Below, piece by piece: positions 43,698 to 53,208 of a stretch of DNA of 64,000 bases (position 1 is the first letter of the stretch; each line of letters begins with the position of its first letter). The notes under the pieces are model-generated. The model did no database searches. It was not told the DNA's origin and saw only the letters and a list, made by a program, of their open reading frames with translations. Both the position numbers and the translations under genes were made by a program. Source of the stretch: a virus (taxonomy: Duplodnaviria; Caudoviricetes); the IMG/VR virus record IMGVR_UViG_2883843030_000002, positions 1 through 64,000 of that record. One strand, given 5' to 3'.

Positions 43698-44327
43698 TTA
43701 GAGCCAGGACATGGGGTCCTCAACGGTTTTAGGCTTCCACCCCTCGAATACGAACTGATTGATTAGGTTTTCGAGAGTCAGGCATATGGCGCAGTCGTCC
43801 GCACGAGGTGCGTCTATCTGCGTTTCGTCGACTGTCATTGGCATTAGGAGTGCCGATATGCTCTTTGATTTTATAACAGCCGGATTGCCTTCTGGTGTCT
43901 GGAACATTTCAGCGGACTTGATTTCAGGGGTTAGAGCGAAGAGATTGAGAAGCGTTGCGAGATACTTGATGGAGAGGCCTTTTCCTCGGATTACCACCAT
44001 GTCTTTGTCCGTGAATCCGGGCTGACGTGTGAACCATGCGCAGGCTTTCTGCAACTGCACAAGGTCAATGCGAGGGCGATAGTGCGTCAGGCGCTCCTTT
44101 GACGGGAACACACGTTTGTAGTTTGGATAGGTACCGGGGATTTCCTCTCCGTTTACGTTGAGGATTTTCCCCGCGTGTTTGGGATTGGCGTGATTGAACA
44201 CTACGAGCACATGTGTGTCGGTTGCGACACAACACTTCTCGTCAAAGAACACCCCCATCATTTGTGGATGGACGGTGTCCTTGCTCGCGATGGTTGAGTA
44301 CATCGCTTTGATAATCTTTTTTTCCAT
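43698..44327 (-). CDS. Protein resembling part of the DNA polymerase III beta clamp
   Basis: VATDTHVL, GTYPNYKRVFP, ALLMP motifs. Confidence 0.55.
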   Translation of the reverse strand: MEKKIIKAMYSTIASKDTVHPQMMGVFFDEKCCVATDTHVLVVFNHANPKHAGKILNVNGEEIPGTYPNYKRVFPSKERLTHYRPRIDLVQLQKACAWFTRQPGFTDKDMVVIRGKGLSIKYLATLLNLFALTPEIKSAEMFQTPEGNPAVIKSKSISALLMPMTVDETQIDAPRADDCAICLTLENLINQFVFEGWKPKTVEDPMSWL

Positions 44328-44345
44328 GTTCGGATGATTATGTTG

Positions 44346-44618
44346 TTAATAAATTGGGTGAGTTTCGTAGTTCTCAGGATTATTATAAAACTCTTTGTTG
44401 CGAAGATAGTGGTCGGCATTGCGATATCGCCAATATTCTTCTTTGAATTGCTCGTTAGAAATTGGGAAAACTTGTTCAATCATGAATATCTCGTCATCGA
44501 TATGATCTGTAGCGTCGGGGATATTTACTCTGTTGAGAAATTCCCTCACGCAGCGGAAATATTTTTCCTTTTCTGAGGTAGCATTCATTGTTTTTCTTAG
44601 CTTAGGGGTATATAGCAT
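44346..44618 (-). CDS. Hypothetical protein
   Basis: ORF in operon; the start may be 44588. Confidence 0.65.
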   Translation of the reverse strand: MLYTPKLRKTMNATSEKEKYFRCVREFLNRVNIPDATDHIDDEIFMIEQVFPISNEQFKEEYWRYRNADHYLRNKEFYNNPENYETHPIY

Positions 44619-44661
44619 TCGGTCCCGCCGAAGCAGGACCTATATTGTGGATTTATATTGG

Positions 44662-44880
44662 TTAGAATTCGTTGTCGATTTCTGAGACAACCATGGTTGC
44701 TAACTCGGACTCCCTCATTCCGTGGTTTTTGCAGAAGTTGTAGAATTTCTCGGGATTGTGCGTATCGAGGATGTAGAATGTGCCGTAGTCGTAAGCGAAT
44801 TTCACATTCATCGCCATGAGTAGGTTCGCCATACTCATCTTGGCTTTCTCGACTTTGAGGATTTTGTCTTTTTCTACCAT
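44662..44880 (-). CDS. Hypothetical protein, first gene after promoter copy 6
   Basis: ATG is part of the 88-bp duplicated leader. Confidence 0.75.
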   Translation of the reverse strand: MVEKDKILKVEKAKMSMANLLMAMNVKFAYDYGTFYILDTHNPEKFYNFCKNHGMRESELATMVVSEIDNEF

Positions 44881-44904
44881 TGTCGTTTCAGTTTTGATTA
44901 AAAC

Positions 44905-44984
44905 ATCTTATTTGCATATACAAAGATAGTCAAAAATAATCATATATGCAACTATTTGGGAGATTGTTTTAATCGCATCTGCAA
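44905..44984 (-). promoter_or_regulatory. Early promoter/operator cassette, copy 6
   Basis: TATCTTTG box; repeats at 44937 and 44970. Confidence 0.85.
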
Positions 44985-45058
44985 GATTTTTAGTCAATTA
45001 CGCGCAACAAAGCGCAAGCCAGCCTCCCGACAAACTTGCGCAACAGTAGCTGACATAT

Positions 45059-45331
45059 TTACATATTCTCGCTTTCCTTATGAGTGCGTTGTTTTTCTAT
45101 ATATCGTTTGTAAGCCTCAGCGTGAATTTCTTTATCTATCTCGCTGCAGTCGCTTTCGTAGATTGTATGCGCCCTGAATAAGAAGATGATACCAGCCGGA
45201 TGATTGCGGCCAAGCCACTTGTTAAATTCGGTTTCTTGCTCGTCGAGGTCTTCCCAAGTGGCACCAATGAAAGTTTGCACTTCATCTGAGTGATAGGGAT
45301 CAATGGCCTCGTACCATACTTTGCGTATCAT
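45059..45331 (-). CDS. Hypothetical protein
   Basis: ATGA overlap. Confidence 0.7.
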   Translation of the reverse strand: MIRKVWYEAIDPYHSDEVQTFIGATWEDLDEQETEFNKWLGRNHPAGIIFLFRAHTIYESDCSEIDKEIHAEAYKRYIEKQRTHKESENM

Positions 45332-45774
45332 GATTTATCTTTTGGCTTATTCCGATTTTCTTGCACCCATTTAGAAAGTATTTCGGGGTTATCGTGAATG
45401 TTTCCGGCGACTTTCATGAATGGGTAATGCCGGAGCATATCGCCTAACGGACAAGTTCCCAATAATGGGCCTTCGGTGTGGGTGTGCTCGATGAGGCAGA
45501 ATGCGCATTGCTCCTCGTTGTACCTCACTTCGAGAGGAATTGTGGCTACGGTGGGTTCAATGAGAATGTCGCCTTCGTAGATGTCAGTCTTGTCGAGTTG
45601 TCCGGCGATTTGACCTAATGTGGCGGGATTTACCTCGTGCCAATCCATCATATAGACTGGATTGTCGGGGGCGGTTGGAATGCCAATGAACAGTTTGCCG
45701 TGGGTTTCAGCGAGTGAGCCATACACCCACTCACCATTATCAAGGCGTTTGCCTCTGAATTTATATTTCCTCAT
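45328..45774 (-). CDS. YopX-family protein
   Basis: KFRGKRLDNGEWVYG..DIYEGDIL..VAGNIHDNPEIL. Confidence 0.88.
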   Translation of the reverse strand: MRKYKFRGKRLDNGEWVYGSLAETHGKLFIGIPTAPDNPVYMMDWHEVNPATLGQIAGQLDKTDIYEGDILIEPTVATIPLEVRYNEEQCAFCLIEHTHTEGPLLGTCPLGDMLRHYPFMKVAGNIHDNPEILSKWVQENRNKPKDKS

Positions 45775-46237
45775 AGCCGTCGGGATTTTCGGGACGCTTT
45801 ACATAGATCGACGCTTCAATCGTATTTACATACGTGGCTCCGTCGTTGATTGTAAATAGTATGGTTCTACGCTCCAGAAGCTCGTACGCCAATAGTTGTG
45901 CCATTCGGCATCGAATGCGATTAAAGTTTAAGTATTGTGCATTCTTTGGATATTGGTAGCCCAGTTTCAACAGTTGGAGGTCTCCTACTTTTAAGGACAG
46001 CGGCGGCAGTTGCACAGCCTCCGTTGGGAACAGCCTATCGGCCCATCTGCGAAGAGTCTTCGCTATCGTCTTTTTTATTTTCATACTGCTTATTTTACTC
46101 TTGTGGTAGTCGTAGGCAACATGGTTAATAAATGTGCATACGACAAAGAATATCGCCCATCCATAATTACGGTGATAGATGTCATTGATTGCCAACCATG
46201 CGCCGAGCGATACGAACACAAGGTTGTAATACTTCAT
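45761..46237 (-). CDS. Hypothetical protein with N-terminal TM segments
   Basis: ORF in operon. Confidence 0.65.
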   Translation of the reverse strand: MKYYNLVFVSLGAWLAINDIYHRNYGWAIFFVVCTFINHVAYDYHKSKISSMKIKKTIAKTLRRWADRLFPTEAVQLPPLSLKVGDLQLLKLGYQYPKNAQYLNFNRIRCRMAQLLAYELLERRTILFTINDGATYVNTIEASIYVKRPENPDGYEEI

Positions 46238-46251
46238 GAAGATGTGATATT

Positions 46252-46611
46252 TTATTTGATGTTGATTGTTACTTCACATTCTATCGGCTCTGACCGCCAT
46301 GTGATTTGTGGGTAGGCTATGCGCTTCAACTCCCGAAACTGCTTTCCATGCCAATAACCGTGTCCTGGAAGTTGCCCAGTGCACCGTATCGGTTTTTCTG
46401 AGAACGCAATCAAATTTCCATCTTCTTCGCGGGCTATCCATATAGTGCCTACTTTATATTCGGCTTCAGGTATTGGGACACCTCCATTGCGAAAATCGAG
46501 TTCATTCGGGTAGTACCACAGACCCTGCTCGTCGACGTAGCCGTCATGCCCGCTTTGTCTCGCAGGATAGAAAACCTTGATTTCTCCGGTTGCAATTATT
46601 CTCGCTTTCAT
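46252..46611 (-). CDS. Hypothetical protein
   Basis: WIAREEDGNL..P phage motif. Confidence 0.7.
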   Translation of the reverse strand: MKARIIATGEIKVFYPARQSGHDGYVDEQGLWYYPNELDFRNGGVPIPEAEYKVGTIWIAREEDGNLIAFSEKPIRCTGQLPGHGYWHGKQFRELKRIAYPQITWRSEPIECEVTINIK

Positions 46612-47009
46612 TCGTCTAATAATTTCATTGTCTTAATTAATCCCGCTATAAATGCGTCTTCAGGAGTATTGTAGAATTTCTCACTGGAGTATAATACCTC
46701 AAACTCCTCGATTTGTGCGTCGCTTAGTTCCCGGACTACCGGCACGTTGACCTCATCATCTATGGCGAAGTACTCACAATAACCGTAACTGTCCATTTGG
46801 CTGGCTACATCGCGGGCTTCTACGGCCCATATTAGCCGGTCTTCCTTTTCAGAGAGTGGGGTTAACAGATAGGGCCTGGGTACTATCCATGCGCTATACT
46901 TGTCGAGAGCCCATCGTTGCGCTTCGTGATAGCCTATTGGCATTTCTCCTTTGTAACCACGTGTTCGCATCATGACGGCGACGCTGGCCGGAATATGTTG
47001 TTTACTCAT
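46608..47009 (-). CDS. Hypothetical protein
   Basis: ORF in operon. Confidence 0.7.
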   Translation of the reverse strand: MSKQHIPASVAVMMRTRGYKGEMPIGYHEAQRWALDKYSAWIVPRPYLLTPLSEKEDRLIWAVEARDVASQMDSYGYCEYFAIDDEVNVPVVRELSDAQIEEFEVLYSSEKFYNTPEDAFIAGLIKTMKLLDE

Positions 47010-47586
47010 ACGATTTTGAATTATTGAGTCTCTGTTCTACTTGTCGGTTGTCGGCTACGAAATCGTAGCAATCCTTGTCAGTTTCTCCGAATGTATCGTA
47101 GAAACAGTTTACGGAGTTCCAATTAATCCCGATAGAATGAATCTCCGGCATGCGTTGTATCAGAGATTCTATTGTCGCTATCAGATCCGTAAAGGCTTTC
47201 GTCACGCCCTCTCCGCCGTTTTTTCCTACCACATACTCTTCCCACGCATTTCGCACACTTGGAAAATCTGCAGCAAGGAAATAAGCCTTATCCATCATTG
47301 ATTGCATGGTTAAACGTTCAGCCGGTGTCACTTTCTTTGAGAGTTGGAGATCCCATATCTCTTGCATAGGCATATCTCCTTCTCCATTCCAGAACATGGT
47401 TGCAGTGAAGCGAGAATTATACTCCTTAAGCGAATATGCTGAAGGGTACGACGGAAGATATTTGCGCTCCATATAGTGCATGAAACACATCCACGTTGCA
47501 ATTGAACCCCTGCAAGGACGGTTAGCATCATACCACTTTCGGGGAGATTTATCCGTTGTTTTTGTATAGTATATCTCTATTGCCAT
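47002..47586 (-). CDS. Hypothetical protein
   Basis: ORF in operon. Confidence 0.7.
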   Translation of the reverse strand: MAIEIYYTKTTDKSPRKWYDANRPCRGSIATWMCFMHYMERKYLPSYPSAYSLKEYNSRFTATMFWNGEGDMPMQEIWDLQLSKKVTPAERLTMQSMMDKAYFLAADFPSVRNAWEEYVVGKNGGEGVTKAFTDLIATIESLIQRMPEIHSIGINWNSVNCFYDTFGETDKDCYDFVADNRQVEQRLNNSKSYE

Positions 47587-47588
47587 GT

Positions 47589-48104
47589 TTATTGATTCAA
47601 CGTTGTTTTAATTGATGCAAGAATCCTGATTAATTGGTCTGTCTGAAATTCAGCGTCTTCAATTGCTCTGTGAGTTTGCGGAGCTACATTGTCCCCGGCT
47701 AAATCTAGAATAGTCCTTAAATCACGGGGTTGCCAAAACTCCCACGGAAGAGGGATATTGATGGTTTCGTAGAGATCTTTAAGTACCTCTATATCCATAT
47801 GTCCTTTGCTCCAAATATAACCGTCAATGGTTAAATGAGAGGAAACGAACTCATTTACATGTGAAATAAGCTCCGAGTATGAATGGCAGTTGAAGTCTGT
47901 GTCTATGTTCGGATTGGCTAAAAGCCAAATAACCGTTTCCCCTGAGAATGTCCTGCCGCAAGTGTTCCATACGTCTGGGGCTACTGATAGTTGTCTTTTG
48001 GATATAATAGTACCGTCAGAGTTAAATGCGACCAATCCAACCTCTCTTATAGCGGCATCATTTCGCCTGCCAAGAGTTTCTATATCAATCATTATGCTGC
48101 TCAT
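47589..48104 (-). CDS. DEDDh 3'-5' exonuclease (Rv2179c / exonuclease VIII-like)
   Basis: IMIDIETLG, WSKG..D, RDLRT, HRAIEDAEFQ. Confidence 0.88.
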   Translation of the reverse strand: MSSIMIDIETLGRRNDAAIREVGLVAFNSDGTIISKRQLSVAPDVWNTCGRTFSGETVIWLLANPNIDTDFNCHSYSELISHVNEFVSSHLTIDGYIWSKGHMDIEVLKDLYETINIPLPWEFWQPRDLRTILDLAGDNVAPQTHRAIEDAEFQTDQLIRILASIKTTLNQ

Positions 48105-48316
48105 AGTTTTTGGATTTCTGAGTTGTAGTAATTGAGAGCTCGTTCGATTGCTTCTCTGAAGATGCTTTTTACTGCTGTCGGTATCGGCATTTTATTTTCG
48201 TTGACGAGGAATGACCATTCGCGTTTTTCCCCCTCGATTGCCTTTTGCCTCATGTCGATGATTATGTCTCTCTCCGACATAAGCTCTGTGCATTTCAATG
48301 CTTTTAATAAGTCCAT
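48101..48316 (-). CDS. Hypothetical protein
   Basis: ATGA overlap. Confidence 0.65.
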   Translation of the reverse strand: MDLLKALKCTELMSERDIIIDMRQKAIEGEKREWSFLVNENKMPIPTAVKSIFREAIERALNYYNSEIQKL

Positions 48317-48323
48317 GTCGTTT

Positions 48324-48623
48324 TTATTTAGAATTGTTATCTAATATTTCTTTTCCGAATATTCTCTTGAGAGCATCCGAATAACCACGGCTATACTCTG
48401 TTGTACCTCCTTCTGCAGCATAGAAAAGTTTCTGTATCTCACCCTTTTCTGGCCCAGTGATCCTTTGAGCGAGAGATTGTGATAAAATATAGTTGACGGC
48501 AGCGTCAAAGCCGGCCTTAAAGTGGAGATAGCGGGCACTCCGGAATCCGTAGATTACAGTATTCCGATTCTTCTCGCAATAGTCTACGTAAATTTTCTTT
48601 CGAGTTTCTTCTGTGATTTCCAT
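48324..48623 (-). CDS. Hypothetical protein
   Basis: ORF in operon. Confidence 0.7.
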   Translation of the reverse strand: MEITEETRKKIYVDYCEKNRNTVIYGFRSARYLHFKAGFDAAVNYILSQSLAQRITGPEKGEIQKLFYAAEGGTTEYSRGYSDALKRIFGKEILDNNSK

Positions 48624-48626
48624 CTT

Positions 48627-48980
48627 CTATTTTACTTCCAGTTCGTCCAGGATTTTCAGCACTTCCTGATATCTTGTCAGACCTTGCCAATTCTCTTGTA
48701 TGTCGTCATTCTCTCGGTCGTAATGTTCATCGAGGATGTATTCGTTAATGGTCTCTCCGAAAGCCTCATCTGATAGACCATAGTCCGGGTCGCAATCGTC
48801 ATACATTCCGAGTTTCCGGGCAACAGCTTGGCATTCCACATGACAAATCCAGTCTCCGACTATTCCATCACAGATATTTGTCTGTCTCAAATATTTCTGA
48901 CCTTTGTGGATAGTTCCATAGCAGAACATACATTTGTGCTCTTTGCGGGCCACCGGCGTTATTTCTTTGAGTATCGTCAT
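48627..48980 (-). CDS. Zinc-binding phage protein
   Basis: ARKEHKCMFC..I.KG..Y..CH..C; start at MTILKE. Confidence 0.75.
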   Translation of the reverse strand: MTILKEITPVARKEHKCMFCYGTIHKGQKYLRQTNICDGIVGDWICHVECQAVARKLGMYDDCDPDYGLSDEAFGETINEYILDEHYDRENDDIQENWQGLTRYQEVLKILDELEVK

Positions 48981-48984
48981 ATTA

Positions 48985-49161
48985 CTACCTTGTCTTTTTA
49001 TGTGATATACGATAGACAGCAATTGCACTCGCCGCATTCAATAAAGCTAGCACGACAAATATAGTGCACCAATAGTAACGATGAACCATTGCATTGGCGA
49101 CTAAACAAGATATTGATAACATAACGCTCGCACAATTAAATATGATACAAAAAGTATTCAT
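48985..49161 (-). CDS. Small two-TM membrane protein (58 aa; below the ORF-track cutoff)
   Basis: MNTFCIIFNCASVMLSISCLVANAMVHRYYWCTIFVVLALLNAASAIAVYRISHKKTR. Confidence 0.55.
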   Translation of the reverse strand: MNTFCIIFNCASVMLSISCLVANAMVHRYYWCTIFVVLALLNAASAIAVYRISHKKTR

Positions 49162-49239
49162 TGCTTCTTCTTCGATTTTATAGGTGATAGTTTGAGGATC
49201 TTATTTGCAAGCTCTACCTTTAGTACAACTCGTAACACA

Positions 49240-50031
49240 TCACTCGTACAATACTTTCTGCTTTGATGCTGGCACGTAAGTTACATCATCCCATCGTTTA
49301 TGGTCAGATGATGGAAAAAGCATACAAGCAGAAGTATAGTCGTTTTCTGATGTCGCTGTGCCATTATGGTCAAAACTTACTTCAATACCATCATAATTTT
49401 CAATAATAATGTTTCCATTTTCAATGCGTACAAATTTGACTTCTTTTGCTTCGCGGAGTCGACCCTTGTACCATCGTTCGTACCATAAAATAGTACCGGA
49501 CTCGGCGGTTTTCAGCTTAGAAAGAATAGGATTCTCTGTCTGTTTATAGATATCCTGAAGTTGTTTGAGTTCCTGCTCCTTGCTGTATATTTCACATCTC
49601 AACTTGTAGTGGAGGTATGGTTTTATCTCACGGATGCGATAATCAAGATAGTCAGGATTAAACATCCTGAATGTTACTGAAATGGAAGCAGGTAATCCGA
49701 TGTTTACACCCTCTTCAGTCAGCCCATACAATATGATTTCGTCATCAAATACATGGTGTTGATACGCTGGGCTATGAATGTCGATTTGAGTATAACAAGA
49801 GCACCCATTCTCATATTTCTCCAAGTCACTTTCTACGGGTCCCCATTGTTTTAGTAAATTTCCAACCGCTGGCAAGTGATATTCCAGATACAATTTTCGG
49901 GCATATTGATAGCCTAAAAACCACACCTCCCAAGTCTTCTGTCGTATAAGATTAAACAAAGCGCTTTTTCGGGATATTGAATCGGTGGTTTGATGTTCTT
50001 TTACGGTGTCTAAAATTTCTTCTGGTGTCAT
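49240..50031 (-). CDS. Hypothetical protein
   Basis: Long ORF; start uncertain (50031 or 50076). Confidence 0.7.
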   Translation of the reverse strand: MTPEEILDTVKEHQTTDSISRKSALFNLIRQKTWEVWFLGYQYARKLYLEYHLPAVGNLLKQWGPVESDLEKYENGCSCYTQIDIHSPAYQHHVFDDEIILYGLTEEGVNIGLPASISVTFRMFNPDYLDYRIREIKPYLHYKLRCEIYSKEQELKQLQDIYKQTENPILSKLKTAESGTILWYERWYKGRLREAKEVKFVRIENGNIIIENYDGIEVSFDHNGTATSENDYTSACMLFPSSDHKRWDDVTYVPASKQKVLYE

Positions 50032-50053
50032 GCTTCTAATGGTTGTTGTGATG

Positions 50054-50500
50054 TTAATAACTAGATCCAAAGGCATCTTGCCCGGCAATCTCTCCGTCTT
50101 CCGAACAATTTTCAAAAGGCAAATAAATTCTACCTTTGTTCGGTACTTTCTTTAATGTTTCGGCTAACTTATCTCTAAGGCAGTTGTCAAGATCGAACCA
50201 TTCAACATTATCTAACGCCCATTTAACGTAATTGGGATCGCTCTCGATAACATCAGAAACAAACTTGCCTTTGTGTTTCCCGAAAGTGAATTTATCTTCA
50301 CGCATTATAAAGACTGGCATTTCTCTAAACACAGTATTATCTATCCCGAAACAGGCACAAGGTTGTTTATTGTCACTTTGCCAAGATTGCCAGCATTCCT
50401 TTGCCAAATCACAAAATTTACATGAATTGTGAGGACTATCCACTAACGCGTATAGTTTGCCATTCATTATTATGGCATTGTCTGGAAATACACTGCTCAT
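50054..50500 (-). CDS. Hypothetical protein with an FGKHKG (DUF3820 / ExoX C-terminal-like) module
   Basis: FTFGKHKGKFVSDV..DPNYVKW. Confidence 0.7.
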   Translation of the reverse strand: MSSVFPDNAIIMNGKLYALVDSPHNSCKFCDLAKECWQSWQSDNKQPCACFGIDNTVFREMPVFIMREDKFTFGKHKGKFVSDVIESDPNYVKWALDNVEWFDLDNCLRDKLAETLKKVPNKGRIYLPFENCSEDGEIAGQDAFGSSY

Positions 50501-50685
50501 TTCTTCTTTTGGTGTTTAAGGCGTGTTATAGCGTCCTTTTTAGAGTACGCCATAACCTTATGCCCTTTGATTGAAAATTCGCGTAACTGTCTGCTATCAA
50601 CCGCTTTTATGGGTCTGTCGGAGAACTTAACTTTCGTTCTCGGAAGTCGCTCCATGAACAAAGCGTCAATGTCATATCCAAACAT
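50497..50685 (-). CDS. Hypothetical protein
   Basis: Overlapping packing. Confidence 0.65.
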   Translation of the reverse strand: MFGYDIDALFMERLPRTKVKFSDRPIKAVDSRQLREFSIKGHKVMAYSKKDAITRLKHQKKK

Positions 50686-51044
50686 TATGTGTTACCTCCT
50701 TTCAGCGGCGGGATGGGGAGCCATGCTTTCACAGATATTTGTTTAAAATATACAGACATTGCATATCCTCCTTGGTACTTTCCATCTATCCACGGAGCAA
50801 CTTCAACGATTAGCCGATCATTTCCATGTTCAAGCAATGTAAGATGACTCCCATCCTCCGGCAGCTCCACCTTCGGGTCTTTCCACTGCGAGGCGAGGGC
50901 TTCGGCGGCTCCGGCAAGGTAGGCTTGCTGAATATCTTTGGAGTCAAAATAAGGGGCAAGGTGGTCGAGGGGGTGAGCTGGTCTACTTATAGCGCGGACA
51001 AGTTCTTTCTCGGCATACGCTTTCGCTTTTTCTTCGTTTGTCAT
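50685..51044 (-). CDS. DUF551-like phage protein
   Basis: WKDPKVELPE..VKAWLPIP. Confidence 0.7.
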   Translation of the reverse strand: MTNEEKAKAYAEKELVRAISRPAHPLDHLAPYFDSKDIQQAYLAGAAEALASQWKDPKVELPEDGSHLTLLEHGNDRLIVEVAPWIDGKYQGGYAMSVYFKQISVKAWLPIPPLKGGNT

Positions 51045-51436
51045 AGCCTGTTGAGTTTATAGTTGTTGGCGTTCAGCCATTCGATTGCCTGAACGCATAC
51101 TTCGATGATGTCGGTGGAGTATATGCACATCAAGTTGTGGCATTCATCATATATGCAGTACTGATAGTCTATTTGCCAACCACTCATGAAGGGATAGATT
51201 AGCAGTCCATATTTTTGCACCTCATCATAAGGGCTTTCATCTACTTTTATCTCTTTCGGAAGAAGTCCGAGCAACGCCGATAAAGACCACACAAGCGTCT
51301 CTTTTGTCTCGTCAACTGGGAAATCTTGCGTCCTATTCAAAAGATTTCCCAAACGTGTTTCAATCATATCCGCCGTCTCGGGGTCAACTCCGCATTCAAG
51401 CAGCCGGCGGGACTGCGAGCAACAGGTTGCTATCAT
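51041..51436 (-). CDS. Conserved phage hypothetical protein
   Basis: QSRRLLECG..TADM..WSLSALL..LP. Confidence 0.7.
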   Translation of the reverse strand: MIATCCSQSRRLLECGVDPETADMIETRLGNLLNRTQDFPVDETKETLVWSLSALLGLLPKEIKVDESPYDEVQKYGLLIYPFMSGWQIDYQYCIYDECHNLMCIYSTDIIEVCVQAIEWLNANNYKLNRL

Positions 51437-51747
51437 GGTTTATTTGAGTTGTTGTTTATTGTTATCGATGGATATGTATGTTTTGTTAATGACAATATCG
51501 TTATTGCGCTTTTACACCGTTCTATATTGCCCTCAAAATATCGTGTTGCAAGAATTGTGTATGCAATTTCAAAAATGTTCTTTTTTCTCCAAGGGAATGT
51601 ATATACGTAATCTCGCCCATTTTTTTGAGACTCATGTGTAAACATATAGTACTTCTGATTTCGGGCATAGTTGATAGTACAACCGTACGTCCTCAGATTT
51701 AACTTTATTCTCTTAGATTTTTTCATTTCACTTGGGCTTAGACACAC
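51433..51747 (-). CDS. Hypothetical basic protein
   Basis: ORF in operon. Confidence 0.55.
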   Translation of the reverse strand: MCLSPSEMKKSKRIKLNLRTYGCTINYARNQKYYMFTHESQKNGRDYVYTFPWRKKNIFEIAYTILATRYFEGNIERCKSAITILSLTKHTYPSITINNNSNKP

Positions 51748-51756
51748 ATTGTTAAT

Positions 51757-52134
51757 TTAGAATGTTATTACTGCTAAAACTGGAGCCGAAGAGAGTCGAT
51801 ATCCACGAGAGGCTGCTTCGCACGCCATCGTCTCGTTATCTGTGACTTTGAGGTTTATGAGGATTTCCCGACGTTCATCGTTGGTAAATTCGGGCGTGCA
51901 GAAGATGTCCGACACGTCGTTGAATGTGCTTTCGTTGTTCACCATAACGATGCTGTTGAAAGGTGTCTCATAGAGGAAAGCCACGATTTTCACTGTTGTC
52001 TTTTGGACACGCTCTGCGTACTGGATTGCGGCTCTGACAAAGCGTTTCATTAGATAGTATTTCTTCTCTCGCGCATTGGTATGAACACACCCAGGAGCCA
52101 GACCAATTTCCATAAGTTCTGCTGTTGCTGACAT
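51757..52134 (-). CDS. Hypothetical protein
   Basis: A-rich leader, ATG. Confidence 0.7.
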   Translation of the reverse strand: MSATAELMEIGLAPGCVHTNAREKKYYLMKRFVRAAIQYAERVQKTTVKIVAFLYETPFNSIVMVNNESTFNDVSDIFCTPEFTNDERREILINLKVTDNETMACEAASRGYRLSSAPVLAVITF

Positions 52135-52152
52135 TTTATTTTGAGTTGAGGG

Positions 52153-52419
52153 TTACCATTGGTGATTGCCAAGTTCTCTGGTGACAATGAACTTATTCGG
52201 CTTGTCTTCTGACATAGGGTTAGTGCTCATTTCTACGAGCGATACACAACCATGAGCGTCCATTACGCGCTGGTCGTATTTCCACGTTTCATAATCGTGT
52301 CGGGCCTCTTCGTAATCGTCGTAGAGTTCCTCTTCGTCGATGTCTGCGTGTATTGCCAGCACTTTCAGTCGATAAATTTTGTTGGGAGCATACTCAAAGT
52401 GTCCTAAATCTCTTGCCAT
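52153..52419 (-). CDS. Hypothetical protein
   Basis: Start at MARDLG, after a GCAAATAAGAT box. Confidence 0.65.
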   Translation of the reverse strand: MARDLGHFEYAPNKIYRLKVLAIHADIDEEELYDDYEEARHDYETWKYDQRVMDAHGCVSLVEMSTNPMSEDKPNKFIVTRELGNHQW

Positions 52420-52505
52420 ATTGTGGTGATTATTTTTGATTGGGAATATCTTATTTGCGTGATTAGTGATCCGTTTCAGGGTGTCTATAGGTTTCTTATG
52501 TATAG

Positions 52506-52919
52506 TCATAACTTCAGGAATCTCTCAAAGCGAGTACCTACTTCTGTCATAACCATCGGCCACCCGTATAGAGCCACTAGCAGTATCTTCATGCCGACTT
52601 GAGGGATATAACCATCTGCACCCCCAACTTCTGCGTAGATGTTGGGGTACATTTTGGCATACTCAAAAGCTGCCTTTAACAATTTGTCTTTGCTTAACTG
52701 TAAGACTCTCCCGTTCTCAATGTCGGTAAAGAATAAATCCCTGCCGTCAAATAGACCTTCGGCTGTTGCTTCGTAGTAAGGGTCGGCCTCTATGGGATTC
52801 CCTATAGCCAACATTTGGCCGAGGTCGAACTGATAACCATAGTCCAAAGCACTCGTAATGAGAGATTGTAACTCCTGACAGTCTATTACCGGCATGTCAG
52901 TCAACTGTTCCGTTGCCAT
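52506..52919 (-). CDS. Hypothetical protein
   Basis: ORF in operon. Confidence 0.7.
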   Translation of the reverse strand: MATEQLTDMPVIDCQELQSLITSALDYGYQFDLGQMLAIGNPIEADPYYEATAEGLFDGRDLFFTDIENGRVLQLSKDKLLKAAFEYAKMYPNIYAEVGGADGYIPQVGMKILLVALYGWPMVMTEVGTRFERFLKL

Positions 52920-53181
52920 AGTACATATCGAATCGTTTCATTTCAGAAAGAGAGCGATACCACTCGTCGTATTCTGCCTTGACAGCATTGTCAGCAAACT
53001 TGAAATAGCAGCCGTTGCAGTATCGGTACGTTCTATTTGCGTTGTAGAAGTTCTCGAACAGCTCCTCTTTTGTGGAGGCTTCCATCGTGATTTCCTCCTC
53101 TATGGCAAAATCCCAATATTTGAGGACTTTCGCCTTGTAAGCTCTGGATGTCCCTACGGGAGTTCCGGTTGTTTTCTCCAT
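52897..53181 (-). CDS. Hypothetical protein, first gene after promoter copy 7
   Basis: ATG ~28 nt downstream of the cassette. Confidence 0.75.
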   Translation of the reverse strand: MEKTTGTPVGTSRAYKAKVLKYWDFAIEEEITMEASTKEELFENFYNANRTYRYCNGCYFKFADNAVKAEYDEWYRSLSEMKRFDMYYGNGTVD

Positions 53182-53208
53182 TCAGCGGTTGGTTTTTTGA
53201 TTATTTTT

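Noticed and set aside
45026-45036. CCCGACAAACT shared with 12300-12310
   Set aside because: A single 11-nt match within two hairpins; too short to separate from chance
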